Positions 63,761 through 64,000 of a DNA stretch of 64,000 nucleotides are shown piece after piece. Source of the stretch: Chiloscyllium plagiosum (Eukaryota); contig NC_057718.1 of assembly GCF_004010195.1 (NCBI RefSeq), forward strand, positions 17,496,430 through 17,560,429. The letters run 5' to 3'. The position numbers were made by a program, and so were the translations under genes. Within the stretch, counting starts at the first letter, position 1, and each line of letters opens with the position of its first letter. The notes under the pieces are model-generated. The model was given only the letters and a program-made list of their open reading frames with translations. It did not search any database and had not been told where the DNA came from.

Positions 63761-64000
63761 CTGAAAAAAACCTATAATAGTCAAATTAGTAACTATCACC
63801 AATGAATTTACAGTTTACCGGTGATGACACTCTTTTGTGCTGGGCTCCTGATCATGGACGTCAACTTATCATTTTAAAAAACTTACAAACTATCAATTGG
63901 AAAAAAAAGCAAAAAACATCTCTTCCTCCTGCAACAAATTCCCACATTCCCTCCAAATTCCCCAAACTATATACTCACTCAGGCTATATCTCACTCTGGA

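Overview
Repeat-rich vertebrate genomic DNA, almost certainly a shark. This is inferred from many HE1/V-SINE copies with (AATCT)n tails, HER1/CR1 LINEs and a Deu-domain SINE; a carpet/bamboo shark is a guess. Two spliced genes lie tail-to-tail, and the ORF track misses most of their exons. (1) On the + strand are the last three coding exons (2138-9454) of a divergent MCFD2-like protein with two EF-hands. (2) On the - strand is an intron-containing RIOX1/NO66 JmjC ribosomal oxygenase: 13 exons at 16604-54429 splice into one open frame of 471 aa plus stop, including one GC-AG intron. Four further short, phase-compatible candidate 5' exons were found, one a 7-nt microexon. The rest is SINE/LINE debris (CR1, Rex1/Babar, L2, Tx1), a Tc1/pogo-type MITE and many Penelope-like element (PLE) derivatives. 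The PLE derivatives carry minimal hammerhead-ribozyme motifs with compensatory base pairing and occur as short, mostly foldback insertions with 10-17 bp target-site duplications (TSDs). One of them captured about 170 bp of nearby intron DNA. All calls were made by eye. Exon coordinates were checked for splice sites and phase; repeat boundaries are approximate.
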